Origin: Candidatus Saccharimonadota bacterium
Lineage (GTDB): Bacteria; Patescibacteriota; Gracilibacteria; UBA4473
Assembly: GCA_030429505.1 (NCBI GenBank)
Contig: JAUIFI010000001.1
Coordinates: forward strand, 900,001 to 932,000
Direction of reading: 5' to 3'
DNA length: 32,000 nt
The notes under the pieces were generated by a model. That model saw only the letters and a program-made list of their open reading frames with translations, ran no database searches and was not told the DNA's origin. Numbering within the stretch: position 1 is the first letter of the stretch; each line of letters starts with the position of its first letter. The translations under genes and the position numbers were made by a program. Below, piece by piece: positions 8,668 to 17,059 of the stretch.

Positions 8668-8682
8668 CCGTATACTCAACTC

Positions 8683-10062
8683 ATGATACTAAATCCTGCC
8701 ATATTCCGAGCCTACGACATCCGTGGAGAATCATTTAAGGACTTTGATGAAGACGGATTTTTTTCTACTGCCGCTGGATTTGGAAAATATATCATCGATA
8801 ATTTTAAAATCAAAAATCCCCACATCTTTGTTTCCGGCGACGGCAGATCCTCTCAGCCCCAACTTTGGCCGGCAGTCGTCGCTGGACTCCAGTCAGTCGG
8901 ATGTAACGTCACTTGGGGAGATACTATCCCGACGCCATTAAATTACTTTGCTTTTCATGAAGGCGATTTTGACGGAGCGATTCAAATTTCTGCCTCTCAC
9001 AATCCACCCCAATACAACGGGATGAAATTCAGAAGTCCACGTGATTTTACATGTGGAGAAGAACTCCAAAAGATTAGAAAACTTGCCGAATGTATAGAGT
9101 GTCGCAAAGATGTTTCTTTTCAAGATTCAGCTCAAAAATCAGAAAAAAAAGACTTTTTACCCGCCTATCAAAAAAAACTTCAATCGATTATTCCCAAACA
9201 ACATTCTAAAAAAATAATTGTTGATGCAGGAAACGCCGTTCCAGGAATGTTTTATCCAGACCTACTAGAATCATTTGGACATAAGGTTCAAAGACTCTTT
9301 TGTGATCTCGATCCTACTTTTCCAAACCACCAACCAGACCCAGAACGCAAAGAAAATCTAATCCATCTCATCCAAGCAATGAAAGAATCTTCGGCTGATT
9401 TTGGATTTGCGTACGATGGTGATGGAGACAGACTTGGAGTCGTCTTGTCGGATGGTACTATTTTATCTGGAGACAAAATTATCTACTGTCTCGCCTCAGA
9501 TTTTCTCCAAAGACATCCTGGCGCCAAGATAGCCGTCGATGTCATGATATCACAAACCTTGATTGAAAAGCTTCGCTCAAAAGGCGCAGAAGTTGTAATG
9601 TCTCGAACTGGTCGAGCCTATATCATCGAAACAGCTGAAAAAGCTGGAGCATTGCTCGGAGGAGAGATGTCGGGACACTTCGTCTTTGGCGAAGATTTCT
9701 ACCAACATGACGACGGCATGCTTGCGAGCCTGCGTTTTCTCCAAGCCATTGAAAACAACCCCGATCTTATTACCGAAGTGACACAAGGTTGGCCTGTAAT
9801 GAAAGAAATATCGGATGTCATTACCGTTCCTGACACAGAAAAATTTTCTATTATGGAAAAAATAGCCAAAGATATTCAGCAAAAATTTTCAGATATCAAC
9901 ACCCTAGACGGTATTCGTATCGACCTAGGTCAAAGCGAATGGGTCATCATCCGACCCTCAAACACCACCCCTCTCATACGTATCCGCATGGAAATACAAG
10001 ATGAAAAAAAGATGGCAGAAATGAAAGATTATTTTATGAATATTTTACAAAAACACGTTTAA
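8683..10062 (+). CDS. Phosphoglucomutase/phosphomannomutase-family phosphohexose mutase
   Basis: It has ISASHNPPQYNGMKF (catalytic Ser loop), FAYDGDGDRLGVV (Mg site) and GGEMSGHFVF (sugar-binding loop). I prefer the ATG at 8683 (MILNPAIFRAYDIRG), because the track TTG start at 8611 lies inside the upstream terminator. Confidence 0.85.
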   Translation: MILNPAIFRAYDIRGESFKDFDEDGFFSTAAGFGKYIIDNFKIKNPHIFVSGDGRSSQPQLWPAVVAGLQSVGCNVTWGDTIPTPLNYFAFHEGDFDGAIQISASHNPPQYNGMKFRSPRDFTCGEELQKIRKLAECIECRKDVSFQDSAQKSEKKDFLPAYQKKLQSIIPKQHSKKIIVDAGNAVPGMFYPDLLESFGHKVQRLFCDLDPTFPNHQPDPERKENLIHLIQAMKESSADFGFAYDGDGDRLGVVLSDGTILSGDKIIYCLASDFLQRHPGAKIAVDVMISQTLIEKLRSKGAEVVMSRTGRAYIIETAEKAGALLGGEMSGHFVFGEDFYQHDDGMLASLRFLQAIENNPDLITEVTQGWPVMKEISDVITVPDTEKFSIMEKIAKDIQQKFSDINTLDGIRIDLGQSEWVIIRPSNTTPLIRIRMEIQDEKKMAEMKDYFMNILQKHV

Positions 10063-10147
10063 CACAAAAGCCCCCCAAAAAATTGTCGAGACTAAAAAAA
10101 GAATTCCCCATCCACACACAAATACATAAAATCAGCGAGAAAAATAT

Positions 10148-10176
10148 TTGACATACCCTGAAGACTACATTAAAAA
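10148..10176 (+). promoter_or_regulatory. Candidate promoter TTGACA-17-TAAAAA
   Basis: TTGACA is at 10148-10153, followed by a 17-nt spacer and TAAAAA at 10171-10176. No CDS follows on this strand. Confidence 0.4.
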
Positions 10177-10182
10177 TAATCG

Positions 10183-10304
10183 TGTTTAATCTGCTCTGAT
10201 ATATACGTCTGGAGCAATGCCGTAATCAGAGACAGATTAGATTTTCCCGGCTCCTTCAGTATTGGCTTGACTCTCCTGATCACAAGAGTCAAGCCATTTT
10301 TTTT
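10183..10304 (+). ncRNA. Candidate ~120-nt small RNA (or structured 3' UTR of the mutase gene)
   Basis: It runs from a promoter-like element to a strong terminator. A 13-14 bp stem pairs 10187-10200 with 10225-10239 (one bulge). Loop GGAGC (10211-10215) is complementary to GCTCC (10250-10254). Confidence 0.4.
10264..10304 (+). terminator. Rho-independent terminator
   Basis: GGCTTGACTCT (10264-10274) pairs with AGAGTCAAGCC (10285-10295) across a 10-nt loop, followed by eight T (10297-10304). Confidence 0.85.
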
Positions 10305-10315
10305 AAAGTGCTCTA

Positions 10316-11752
10316 TTAGTTGTTTTTACAGGCTCTTTGAAGTCGCCCCAACGCCTCTTTCTTCCCAATCACCTCTGCAATCTCAAACGGTCCCACAGAT
10401 ACTGCCGCATTGGATAAAGCTATACGAAAAGGATGGAGAAATTGCCCCGTCTTGAGACCCATATCCTCAATCTTTTTTATAGCTGCTTCTTTTATTATTT
10501 CAGCTGTAAACTGACTTTCCTCTATGCCCTGTAACATACCTTCCACTTCTTGTAACACCTTTCGAGCAAGAGACGCATCAATCCCCATTTTTTCTTGTTG
10601 CAAATGAGTTGCATTAAGTCCTGGGTCACTTACAAAATACGTTAGATGTGTCTTAATATCAATCAGCGATCGAGCCTTTTGACGAATAATATCAAACATT
10701 CGCCCCTGTTCTTTGGCACTATAATCAGTTTTTGCAAACTCATTATATTCTTCAATAAGCCTTTCTAAATCCATAGTTCTTATCCACTGAGCGTTAAACC
10801 ACTCCATTTTTGAAAAGTCATACTGAGCGGCCGCTGGGTTAACCTTAGCAATATCAAATACTTTTTCGAGTTGTTCTAAAGAAAATATTTCCTCCGTCGT
10901 CTTTGGATTCCAACCCAGTAGTGCTAGACCATTGACCACTGCTTCACTCACAAATCCTTTTTCCTGAAAATCTTTGATCAAGACACATACGCTTGGGTCC
11001 ACATTCCGTTTCGACAATTTTCTTTTATTTTGATCCAAGACCAAAGGAATGTGACCAAAGGAAGGTGGATTAACATTCAAGGCTTGATACAACAAAATTT
11101 GTTTCGGAGTATTTGAAATATGATCTTCTCCTCGAAGAACGTGAGTCACTCCCTGACTCCAATCATCCAGCACATTTGCTAAGGGGTAGAGTACTGAGCC
11201 ATCACTACGAGCCACCACAAAATCTCCTAAAGTACTAGAATGAGTTTCTATTTTTCCTCGAACGAGGTCATGAAAAATAATAGTTTGCTCCTTCGGACAC
11301 CGAAGACGCCAAACATATCTTTCTCCGCTCTTCATTTTTTCATCCAGCTCAATTCGGCTCATCTCTCGAAAAGGTGACCAAAAAACAAAATTTTGCTTGG
11401 CTTTGGCAGTGTTTTGTCTTTGAGTCTCGATCTCCTCAGGAGTCACAAAGCAAGGAAAAATTTTCTCACGTTCCCAAAGTTTTTGTAGATATTCTTGATG
11501 AAAATCTTCATTTTCGGTTTGCCGATACATTTTTTCAGACTCTTTTTGAAAATCCATTCCTAACCACTTCAAACCCTCTAAAATTTCAGACTCAAACGCT
11601 GTCTTTGATCTTTCTTTATCAGTATCCTCCCAACGAAAAATTATTTTTCCATTTTGGTGTTTTGCAAAAAGATAATTAAATAGAGCCGTTCTTGCTGTTC
11701 CAAGGTGAAGCGGTCCGGTGGGAGACGGCGGCATACGTGTTATAATCATCAA
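10316..11752 (-). CDS. gltX: Glutamyl-tRNA synthetase
   Basis: It has PPSPTGPLHLGTARTALFNYLFAK (HIGH-type motif) and KLSKRN (KMSKS-type motif) and is 478 aa long. Confidence 0.92.
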   Translation of the reverse strand: MMIITRMPPSPTGPLHLGTARTALFNYLFAKHQNGKIIFRWEDTDKERSKTAFESEILEGLKWLGMDFQKESEKMYRQTENEDFHQEYLQKLWEREKIFPCFVTPEEIETQRQNTAKAKQNFVFWSPFREMSRIELDEKMKSGERYVWRLRCPKEQTIIFHDLVRGKIETHSSTLGDFVVARSDGSVLYPLANVLDDWSQGVTHVLRGEDHISNTPKQILLYQALNVNPPSFGHIPLVLDQNKRKLSKRNVDPSVCVLIKDFQEKGFVSEAVVNGLALLGWNPKTTEEIFSLEQLEKVFDIAKVNPAAAQYDFSKMEWFNAQWIRTMDLERLIEEYNEFAKTDYSAKEQGRMFDIIRQKARSLIDIKTHLTYFVSDPGLNATHLQQEKMGIDASLARKVLQEVEGMLQGIEESQFTAEIIKEAAIKKIEDMGLKTGQFLHPFRIALSNAAVSVGPFEIAEVIGKKEALGRLQRACKNN

Positions 11753-11759
11753 TATTCAA

Positions 11760-12644
11760 TTATTTTCTCGTATTACCATAAACCCTTGAAGATGCTGTTG
11801 TTTGCAATAAAACATTTGGAGTCTCAGAAGCTGGAATACCAAAATTTTCTGAATCTCTCAAGGTTGTGTGAAGAGCGATAAAAACATGTGGATGGACCTG
11901 GGCTGATTCCACACGAAAACTCAAAAATGGATCGCGATTAGGAGAAGGTTCAAACGTTAAATCAGTCACCTGTATCTGATCAGGAGAAATGATGGTCCAA
12001 TCGTGTGATTGAGAACAAAAATCTTCATTCGTTGCGTCTCCCAATATTGTGTACCATGTACCGCCTTCCTGAATCTGACAAGTTGGCACACTATTTACAT
12101 CATTCATTTGAGCGCTACCATTCCAGATATCAGCGTCACCATCTCCGTCTTTATCAGCTCCCAATTGACGCAGCATTTCCAATTTTTGATAATTATCGGA
12201 AGCCTGAGCATCAAGAGTTCTCCGCAGAGCAGTCCTGATCGTTCTGTCTCGATTAATAAGGTAGAGAACCGTTTGTGCTGTGCCTTCATCCCAGGCTTTT
12301 GTGTCAGTAGACACGCTTTGTCCATCAGCCGTCATACCACCCATATTACGAGTCTTTCCTCCAACCGCTTTATAAAAATTGCTCACATAAGGCGTTGCGC
12401 AGGTAAAAGATCCCAAAGGGTTTTCACAGTAGGCATCATAATCAAGCGTGTTGTTTCGAACCTCCCTGACAATTTTTTCCATCAAAAAACGAGACTCAGA
12501 ATAAAAATCCTGCGATACACTAATCTTTTTTTGAGACAGATGAATTCCGCTCATCGTTATTACAGCCGTCGTAATGACGACACCAGCAATAGTTATTGCC
12601 ACCAAAAGCTCGATCAGAGAGAAGCCTAAAATCTTAATACTCAT
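11760..12644 (-). CDS. Prepilin-type N-terminal domain protein (PilW/GspJ-like minor pilin)
   Basis: It begins MSIKILG/FSLIELLVAITIAG, a class III signal with Glu at +5. The stop lies 7 nt before the gltX start. The start could also be 12653. Confidence 0.75.
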   Translation of the reverse strand: MSIKILGFSLIELLVAITIAGVVITTAVITMSGIHLSQKKISVSQDFYSESRFLMEKIVREVRNNTLDYDAYCENPLGSFTCATPYVSNFYKAVGGKTRNMGGMTADGQSVSTDTKAWDEGTAQTVLYLINRDRTIRTALRRTLDAQASDNYQKLEMLRQLGADKDGDGDADIWNGSAQMNDVNSVPTCQIQEGGTWYTILGDATNEDFCSQSHDWTIISPDQIQVTDLTFEPSPNRDPFLSFRVESAQVHPHVFIALHTTLRDSENFGIPASETPNVLLQTTASSRVYGNTRK

Positions 12645-13353
12645 CGCGTTCATAATAGTCAAAAAGCTGAGTTTCTAAAACCACTTCCTCTGTCCCCACT
12701 CCTTCATCCCATGCCACTCGAGAAATCACCTGAAGTTTGGCATCTGCGCAAGTAGAAGAACTATCACACAGATCATTTGGATCATCATCAGAAGATGTGC
12801 TTGGATTTGTATCTAGGGATGTTCCCTCAAAAGGTCTTTGGACTCGTAATTCTATCTGCCGATAAAAAATAGTTTCAGGGTTATTTCCGGAATTATCGTC
12901 ATGAGTAAGACGAGAATTTACGCTATCCTCATACAACAAAAAAGAAGAAAAGTCCTGAACACTACTGATATCAAGCTCCACCGCAGAGCCAACTGCGTTA
13001 AGGACATATACTCCATTTACATTATCTACCGTATAGTACGGATCGCTACTCGTGCTCAATTGTTCAGTACATCCATTCGTATCACTAGCAATACACAACC
13101 ATTGATTCCGTCGATCCCCGGAGTACTGAAGCCAATTTGTATCTCGAATATTACGGACTGCCTCAATACCTTCACGAGCAATATTAAGGGCCACAACCCT
13201 ATTTTTCACATTCACATTTTCATTTACAGCTTGATTGAGCACAGTATACGTTCCGGTCAACACGAACACTAAAATCACCACCGCCAAAATTACCTCAATC
13301 AAAGTCTCACCAGATTGTTTGGAAAAGCGAAATTTGAATTGAGAAAAATTCAT
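12634..13353 (-). CDS. Prepilin-type N-terminal domain protein (PilV/GspI-like minor pilin)
   Basis: It begins MNFSQFKFRFSKQSG/ETLIEVILAVVIL, with Glu at both +1 and +5. NIAREGIEAVRNIRD is PilV-like. Confidence 0.7.
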   Translation of the reverse strand: MNFSQFKFRFSKQSGETLIEVILAVVILVFVLTGTYTVLNQAVNENVNVKNRVVALNIAREGIEAVRNIRDTNWLQYSGDRRNQWLCIASDTNGCTEQLSTSSDPYYTVDNVNGVYVLNAVGSAVELDISSVQDFSSFLLYEDSVNSRLTHDDNSGNNPETIFYRQIELRVQRPFEGTSLDTNPSTSSDDDPNDLCDSSSTCADAKLQVISRVAWDEGVGTEEVVLETQLFDYYERDEY

Positions 13354-13362
13354 AGAAAAAAA

Positions 13363-13965
13363 TTACGGAATACAGGGATTTGTGGATCCAATGTTTTGAT
13401 GAAGTGTCGGAAATCCAGCTACTCGGTCAAAGCACAATGCCCATCTTTCAGGATCTGAATTGGACAAAGCATGCTCAAAGACGACTTGAGTTTTTTCATT
13501 ACCAGCCACATTCCATTCACCACTAGGATTTATGCTTTTATCCCAGCGAGCAATCTTTGTCTGAAGTCCATCAACTACAAACAAAATTCGAACCTTATCT
13601 GATTCATGAGTATCAACCAAAATAGGTTTTGGAACGGCTACCGAAGACAAAACCGTATGAGGAGAAAATGCAACTGGGGAAACACTTTGCACTCCATCCA
13701 CATTTTCACACAAAAGCGTAGCTGTCGATGGCGACGTAGTATTATCAACCTCAAACATCCAAATTTTCGCCTCTTTTCCTTCGCATTGTTTTTGCGTTAA
13801 GGCATTCGAACGAGCACTTGCTGTCACACCAAAGATCGTATCTACTTCTCCTCGAAAATTACTCAAGCTTTGTATCTGGGTGAAGGTCGGAGCCGTAGTT
13901 ACAGCAAATAGGGCAGTAATCGCCAAAGCCACCAATAACTCTACTAGTGAAAATCCTTTTTTCAT
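13363..13965 (-). CDS. Prepilin-type N-terminal domain protein (FimT/GspH-like minor pilin)
   Basis: From the ATG at 13965 it reads MKKG/FSLVELLVALAITALF. The track start at 13995 is a GTG that adds 10 residues. Confidence 0.75.
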   Translation of the reverse strand: MKKGFSLVELLVALAITALFAVTTAPTFTQIQSLSNFRGEVDTIFGVTASARSNALTQKQCEGKEAKIWMFEVDNTTSPSTATLLCENVDGVQSVSPVAFSPHTVLSSVAVPKPILVDTHESDKVRILFVVDGLQTKIARWDKSINPSGEWNVAGNEKTQVVFEHALSNSDPERWALCFDRVAGFPTLHQNIGSTNPCIP

Positions 13966-14034
13966 AGATGTCTTTATTCTAGAAAGAAACGACACGAATC
14001 ACAAGAAAACAGCTTTATTATTAACTCAAAGATT

Positions 14035-14052
14035 GTAAAAATTGACTTTCCT
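14035..14052 (+). repeat. Copy 2 of the exact 18-mer GTAAAAATTGACTTTCCT
   Basis: It is identical to 7361-7378 and lies just upstream of lepA, in the divergent region shared with the pilin operon. Confidence 0.7.
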
Positions 14053-14070
14053 AATACAATGCGAGCGCAC

Positions 14071-15870
14071 ATGAACATTCGAAATTTCTGTATTATTGCA
14101 CACATTGACCACGGTAAATCGACCTTGGCTGACCGATTTTTAGAAAAAACCGGCACCATTACCAAAAGAGAAATGAAAAATCAGTTGCTTGATACCATGG
14201 AGCTGGAGCGAGAAAGAGGAATCACCATCAAGCTTCAGCCGGTTCGTATGAGGTGGAAAGATACACAACTCAACCTTATCGATACCCCCGGGCACGTAGA
14301 TTTTTCCTATGAAGTCTCTCGAAGTTTAGCGGCGTGTGAAGGAGCTATTTTGGTCGTAGATGCTACTCAGGGAATCGAAGCGCAAACCCTCGCCAATGTG
14401 TATTTAGCCCTCGAACATGGACTCGAGGTCATACCCGTACTCAATAAAATAGATCTCCCTGCTGCTGAGCCAGAACGCCGAGCCGCCGAAATCGAAAAAT
14501 TACTTGGCTTCAAACAAGAAGAAATTCTTCTTGTTTCCGCCAAAGAAGGTACCGGAGTGGAAGATTTACTTGATGCCATCATCGAAAAAATCCCATCTCC
14601 CAATCAAAACGAAATCTTTCAAAAACATTCAGACATTTTAAATTCAGACGAGACTAGGGCACTAGTATTTGACTCTACCTTTGATAGCTATCGAGGAGTA
14701 GTCTCCAGTGTACGAGTCTTTTCAGGCGCAATCAATAAGGGCGACAAACTAACCCTTCTTCGAACCGGAAGAAAAATTGAAGCTCTGGAAGTCGGTTTTC
14801 TCAATCCCAATTATTCACCAACGCCAAGTCTCCAAACTGGTGAAGTAGGATATATAGTAACAGGACTCAAAAACGTTATCGATGCCAAGGTAGGAGAAAC
14901 ACTTTGGCAGGGAAAATCAGAAAATCCACGTCCTCTTCCTGGGTATAAAGAAGTCACTCCTTTTGTCTTTGCCGGTATTTATCCTTTAGATGCTGACGAC
15001 TTTCCTTTGCTTCGTAAAGCACTCGAAAAACTCTCTCTCAACGATGCGTCACTCCACTTTGAAGCCGAACATTCTGGAGCTCTGGGCAATGGATTTCGCG
15101 TAGGATTTCTAGGACTCCTTCATCTCGACATCATCCAGGAACGTATCGAGAGAGAATTTGACCTCGACATCCTTGTTACAGCTCCATCAGTTTCCTACAC
15201 CATCGTAAAAGCCAATGGTGAAAAATACGATATCGCTAACCCCGGAGACTTACCAGATGCAGGACTCTATGAGACCATAGAAGAACCCTGGATCAAGCTC
15301 AACATCCTCTGTACCGATCAATATATCGGCTCTATCATGGAACTCTGTACTTCTCGACGAGGTATCTCCAAAAACCTCCAATATACCGAGAGCCACAGAG
15401 TCGAAATGTTTTTTGAAATACCGCTTGCTTCGATCATTACCGACTTTTACGATGACCTCAAATCCATCAGCTCTGGTTACGCTTCCATGTCCTACGAACC
15501 GATTGGCATGCGCTCAGGGGATTTGGTCCGACTCGACATGCTCGTCGCCGGAGACAAAGTCGACGCTCTCAGTCAAATCGTTCACAAAAAAGACGCCCAT
15601 CATATCGGCATTCGCTGGTGTGAAAAACTCAAAGAAATCATCCCCAAAGCCCAGTTTGCCATCGCCATCCAAGCCGCTATCGGCGCTCGTATAGTTGCTC
15701 GAGAGACTATTTCAGCCATCCGAAAAGACGTTACTGCCAAGCTCTATGGAGGTGATGTCACTCGGAAAAACAAACTCCTCAAAAAACAAAAAGCCGGAAA
15801 AAAACGACTCAAACAATTTGGAAAGGTTACGATCCCCCAAGAAGCCTTTTTTGCCATGATGAGGAAATAA
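14071..15870 (+). CDS. lepA: Elongation factor 4 (LepA)
   Basis: It has NIRNFCIIAHIDHGKSTLADR, DTPGHVDF and NKIDL (GTPase G1-G4 motifs) and the LepA-specific C-terminus KLLKKQKAGKKRLKQFGKVTIPQEAF. The start may be 14059 or 14071. Confidence 0.95.
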   Translation: MNIRNFCIIAHIDHGKSTLADRFLEKTGTITKREMKNQLLDTMELERERGITIKLQPVRMRWKDTQLNLIDTPGHVDFSYEVSRSLAACEGAILVVDATQGIEAQTLANVYLALEHGLEVIPVLNKIDLPAAEPERRAAEIEKLLGFKQEEILLVSAKEGTGVEDLLDAIIEKIPSPNQNEIFQKHSDILNSDETRALVFDSTFDSYRGVVSSVRVFSGAINKGDKLTLLRTGRKIEALEVGFLNPNYSPTPSLQTGEVGYIVTGLKNVIDAKVGETLWQGKSENPRPLPGYKEVTPFVFAGIYPLDADDFPLLRKALEKLSLNDASLHFEAEHSGALGNGFRVGFLGLLHLDIIQERIEREFDLDILVTAPSVSYTIVKANGEKYDIANPGDLPDAGLYETIEEPWIKLNILCTDQYIGSIMELCTSRRGISKNLQYTESHRVEMFFEIPLASIITDFYDDLKSISSGYASMSYEPIGMRSGDLVRLDMLVAGDKVDALSQIVHKKDAHHIGIRWCEKLKEIIPKAQFAIAIQAAIGARIVARETISAIRKDVTAKLYGGDVTRKNKLLKKQKAGKKRLKQFGKVTIPQEAFFAMMRK

Positions 15871-15874
15871 TGAG

Positions 15875-15903
15875 TTGACCTATTTTGTAAATAATTTATA
15901 TAA
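15875..15903 (+). promoter_or_regulatory. Candidate promoter TTGACC-16-TATATA
   Basis: TTGACC is at 15875-15880 and TATATA at 15897-15902. It predicts a 5' UTR of about 160 nt for the 16071 gene. Confidence 0.45.
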
Positions 15904-15992
15904 CAAAAGCCTTTTCTTTTTCAATTTGAAGAAGGAAGCATAAATACTTGTTCTTTATATCATCAGTTTAAGGAAAAAAAGATAGAACAAAA

Positions 15993-16050
15993 AACAAATG
16001 ATTCACGAGTTTTTTCTGATCAATAATCGAAGATTTATGAGTCATTTGTT
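15993..16050 (+). promoter_or_regulatory. Long 5' UTR hairpin immediately upstream of the RBS
   Basis: AACAAATGATTCA (15993-16005) pairs with TGAGTCATTTGTT (16038-16050), giving 13 bp with one G-U pair. The AGGAG Shine-Dalgarno follows about 10 nt later. Confidence 0.5.
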
Positions 16051-16070
16051 TTACATTCCAGGAGAAAAAT

Positions 16071-16538
16071 ATGTGCGCAAAAAAATGTGAAATTATCGTC
16101 TTTGGAGTAAAAACGGGCACCTACCATGTGAAAAAAAGTGATGAATATGTCGGAACACTAAAGAGTGGAAACCGAGATGGTATTGTGATCTCAGCCCAAA
16201 GTGGAGACACAATCTCTATGAACTCTGCTGCTTGTTACGGAGCAACGGGAACCATTTGCTATAAATTTTCCAATATTGACGGAATGTTACGATTAGACAT
16301 ATGTGTAGCTCAGGAAGTAGTCGCAGAAAATTCAAGAAAGGACCCCAACAATGTGGTTTTTGAGATACAATCACATGGGGAAACACGATACACACATGAC
16401 TTTTCCCGTCAGATAGGAATGACCGTATCAGTATGCGTTAAAAACTATGATGTACTGATAATTCGCACGGGACACAGCAATCTCCACATAAGAGAGCAAA
16501 TCCCAAACTCTTTTGCGAAAGTCCTGCAGAGTAATTGA
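16071..16538 (+). CDS. Hypothetical protein (155 aa, no signal peptide, Cys-containing, beta-rich appearance)
   Basis: A good AGGAG Shine-Dalgarno sits 8 nt upstream, and the gene has its own promoter and terminator. I recognise no family. Confidence 0.6.
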   Translation: MCAKKCEIIVFGVKTGTYHVKKSDEYVGTLKSGNRDGIVISAQSGDTISMNSAACYGATGTICYKFSNIDGMLRLDICVAQEVVAENSRKDPNNVVFEIQSHGETRYTHDFSRQIGMTVSVCVKNYDVLIIRTGHSNLHIREQIPNSFAKVLQSN

Positions 16539-16564
16539 TAATGTAGAGTACAAAATTATATACA

Positions 16565-16605
16565 GCGACCAAGGAAAAAACTCTTTCTTTGGTCGCACTT
16601 TTTTA
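16565..16605 (+). terminator. Rho-independent terminator
   Basis: GCGACCAAGG (16565-16574) pairs with CTTTGGTCGC (16587-16596), followed by a T-run at 16599-16604. Confidence 0.75.
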
Positions 16606-16621
16606 TTATTTCCCTAAAAAC

Positions 16622-16650
16622 TTGACATGTTTAAAAAAATAAATTAAAAA
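16622..16650 (+). promoter_or_regulatory. Candidate promoter TTGACA-17-TAAAAA
   Basis: TTGACA is at 16622-16627 and TAAAAA at 16645-16650, about 27 nt before the ATG at 16677. Confidence 0.45.
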
Positions 16651-16676
16651 AAGATCAAGAATTAAAATAATATTAA

Positions 16677-16985
16677 ATGGTTAGAGGGGTTGATGTCGAC
16701 CAATATAATCTATTTGAAGATCTTACTCGATCCGATCAATACCGCTCCCTCTCAGCTCCAGAAACTCCAAAAACCTTAAAAAGAAACCCAAAACCAGTCT
16801 TGAGGACTGAAGTGATTTTGACAAGCGCAAGAATTACGCAAGCTATTACAGATCTTGAGGATTTATGGGAAAAGGGCAATGATGACTCTTCTGGTGTTCC
16901 AATTGACTTTATGACAATAGATATCGATGGACGTTCATATTCTCATAAAGAATTAGTAGAACTTCGGAAAAAAAGAAATAAATAA
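16677..16985 (+). CDS. Hypothetical protein (102 aa)
   Basis: It is the only sizeable ORF between two promoter/terminator-like elements. It has no Shine-Dalgarno and I recognise no family. Confidence 0.45.
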   Translation: MVRGVDVDQYNLFEDLTRSDQYRSLSAPETPKTLKRNPKPVLRTEVILTSARITQAITDLEDLWEKGNDDSSGVPIDFMTIDIDGRSYSHKELVELRKKRNK

Positions 16986-17059
16986 TTAAATCCCCATACA
17001 AGAATTCTGGACACCCAGAAAACAAGAATTATACTAAACACGTATAAATAATATTTCTT

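Noticed and set aside
8611-8682. Track N-terminal extensions using TTG/GTG starts (8611, 14059, 20050, 24844, 29756, 13995, 12662, 31877, and ATG-led extensions at 3312, 4870, 5075)
   Set aside because: The extensions run through terminator hairpins, promoters or leader structures and encode sequence that does not look protein-like. Internal ATG codons coincide with the start of family homology or with signal or prepilin leaders. The 31877 TTG is internal to an ORF that stays open to the window edge.
12009-12629. Long antisense ORFs within annotated genes, for example 12009-12629(+), 2195-2590(+), 17452-17835(-), 24966-25448(-), 25494-25898(-), 18244-18651(-) and 7681-7980(-)
   Set aside because: Each lies opposite a gene with clear family motifs. 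Their translations are low-complexity or Ser/Arg/Leu-rich and have no recognisable domains, which is typical of shadow ORFs.
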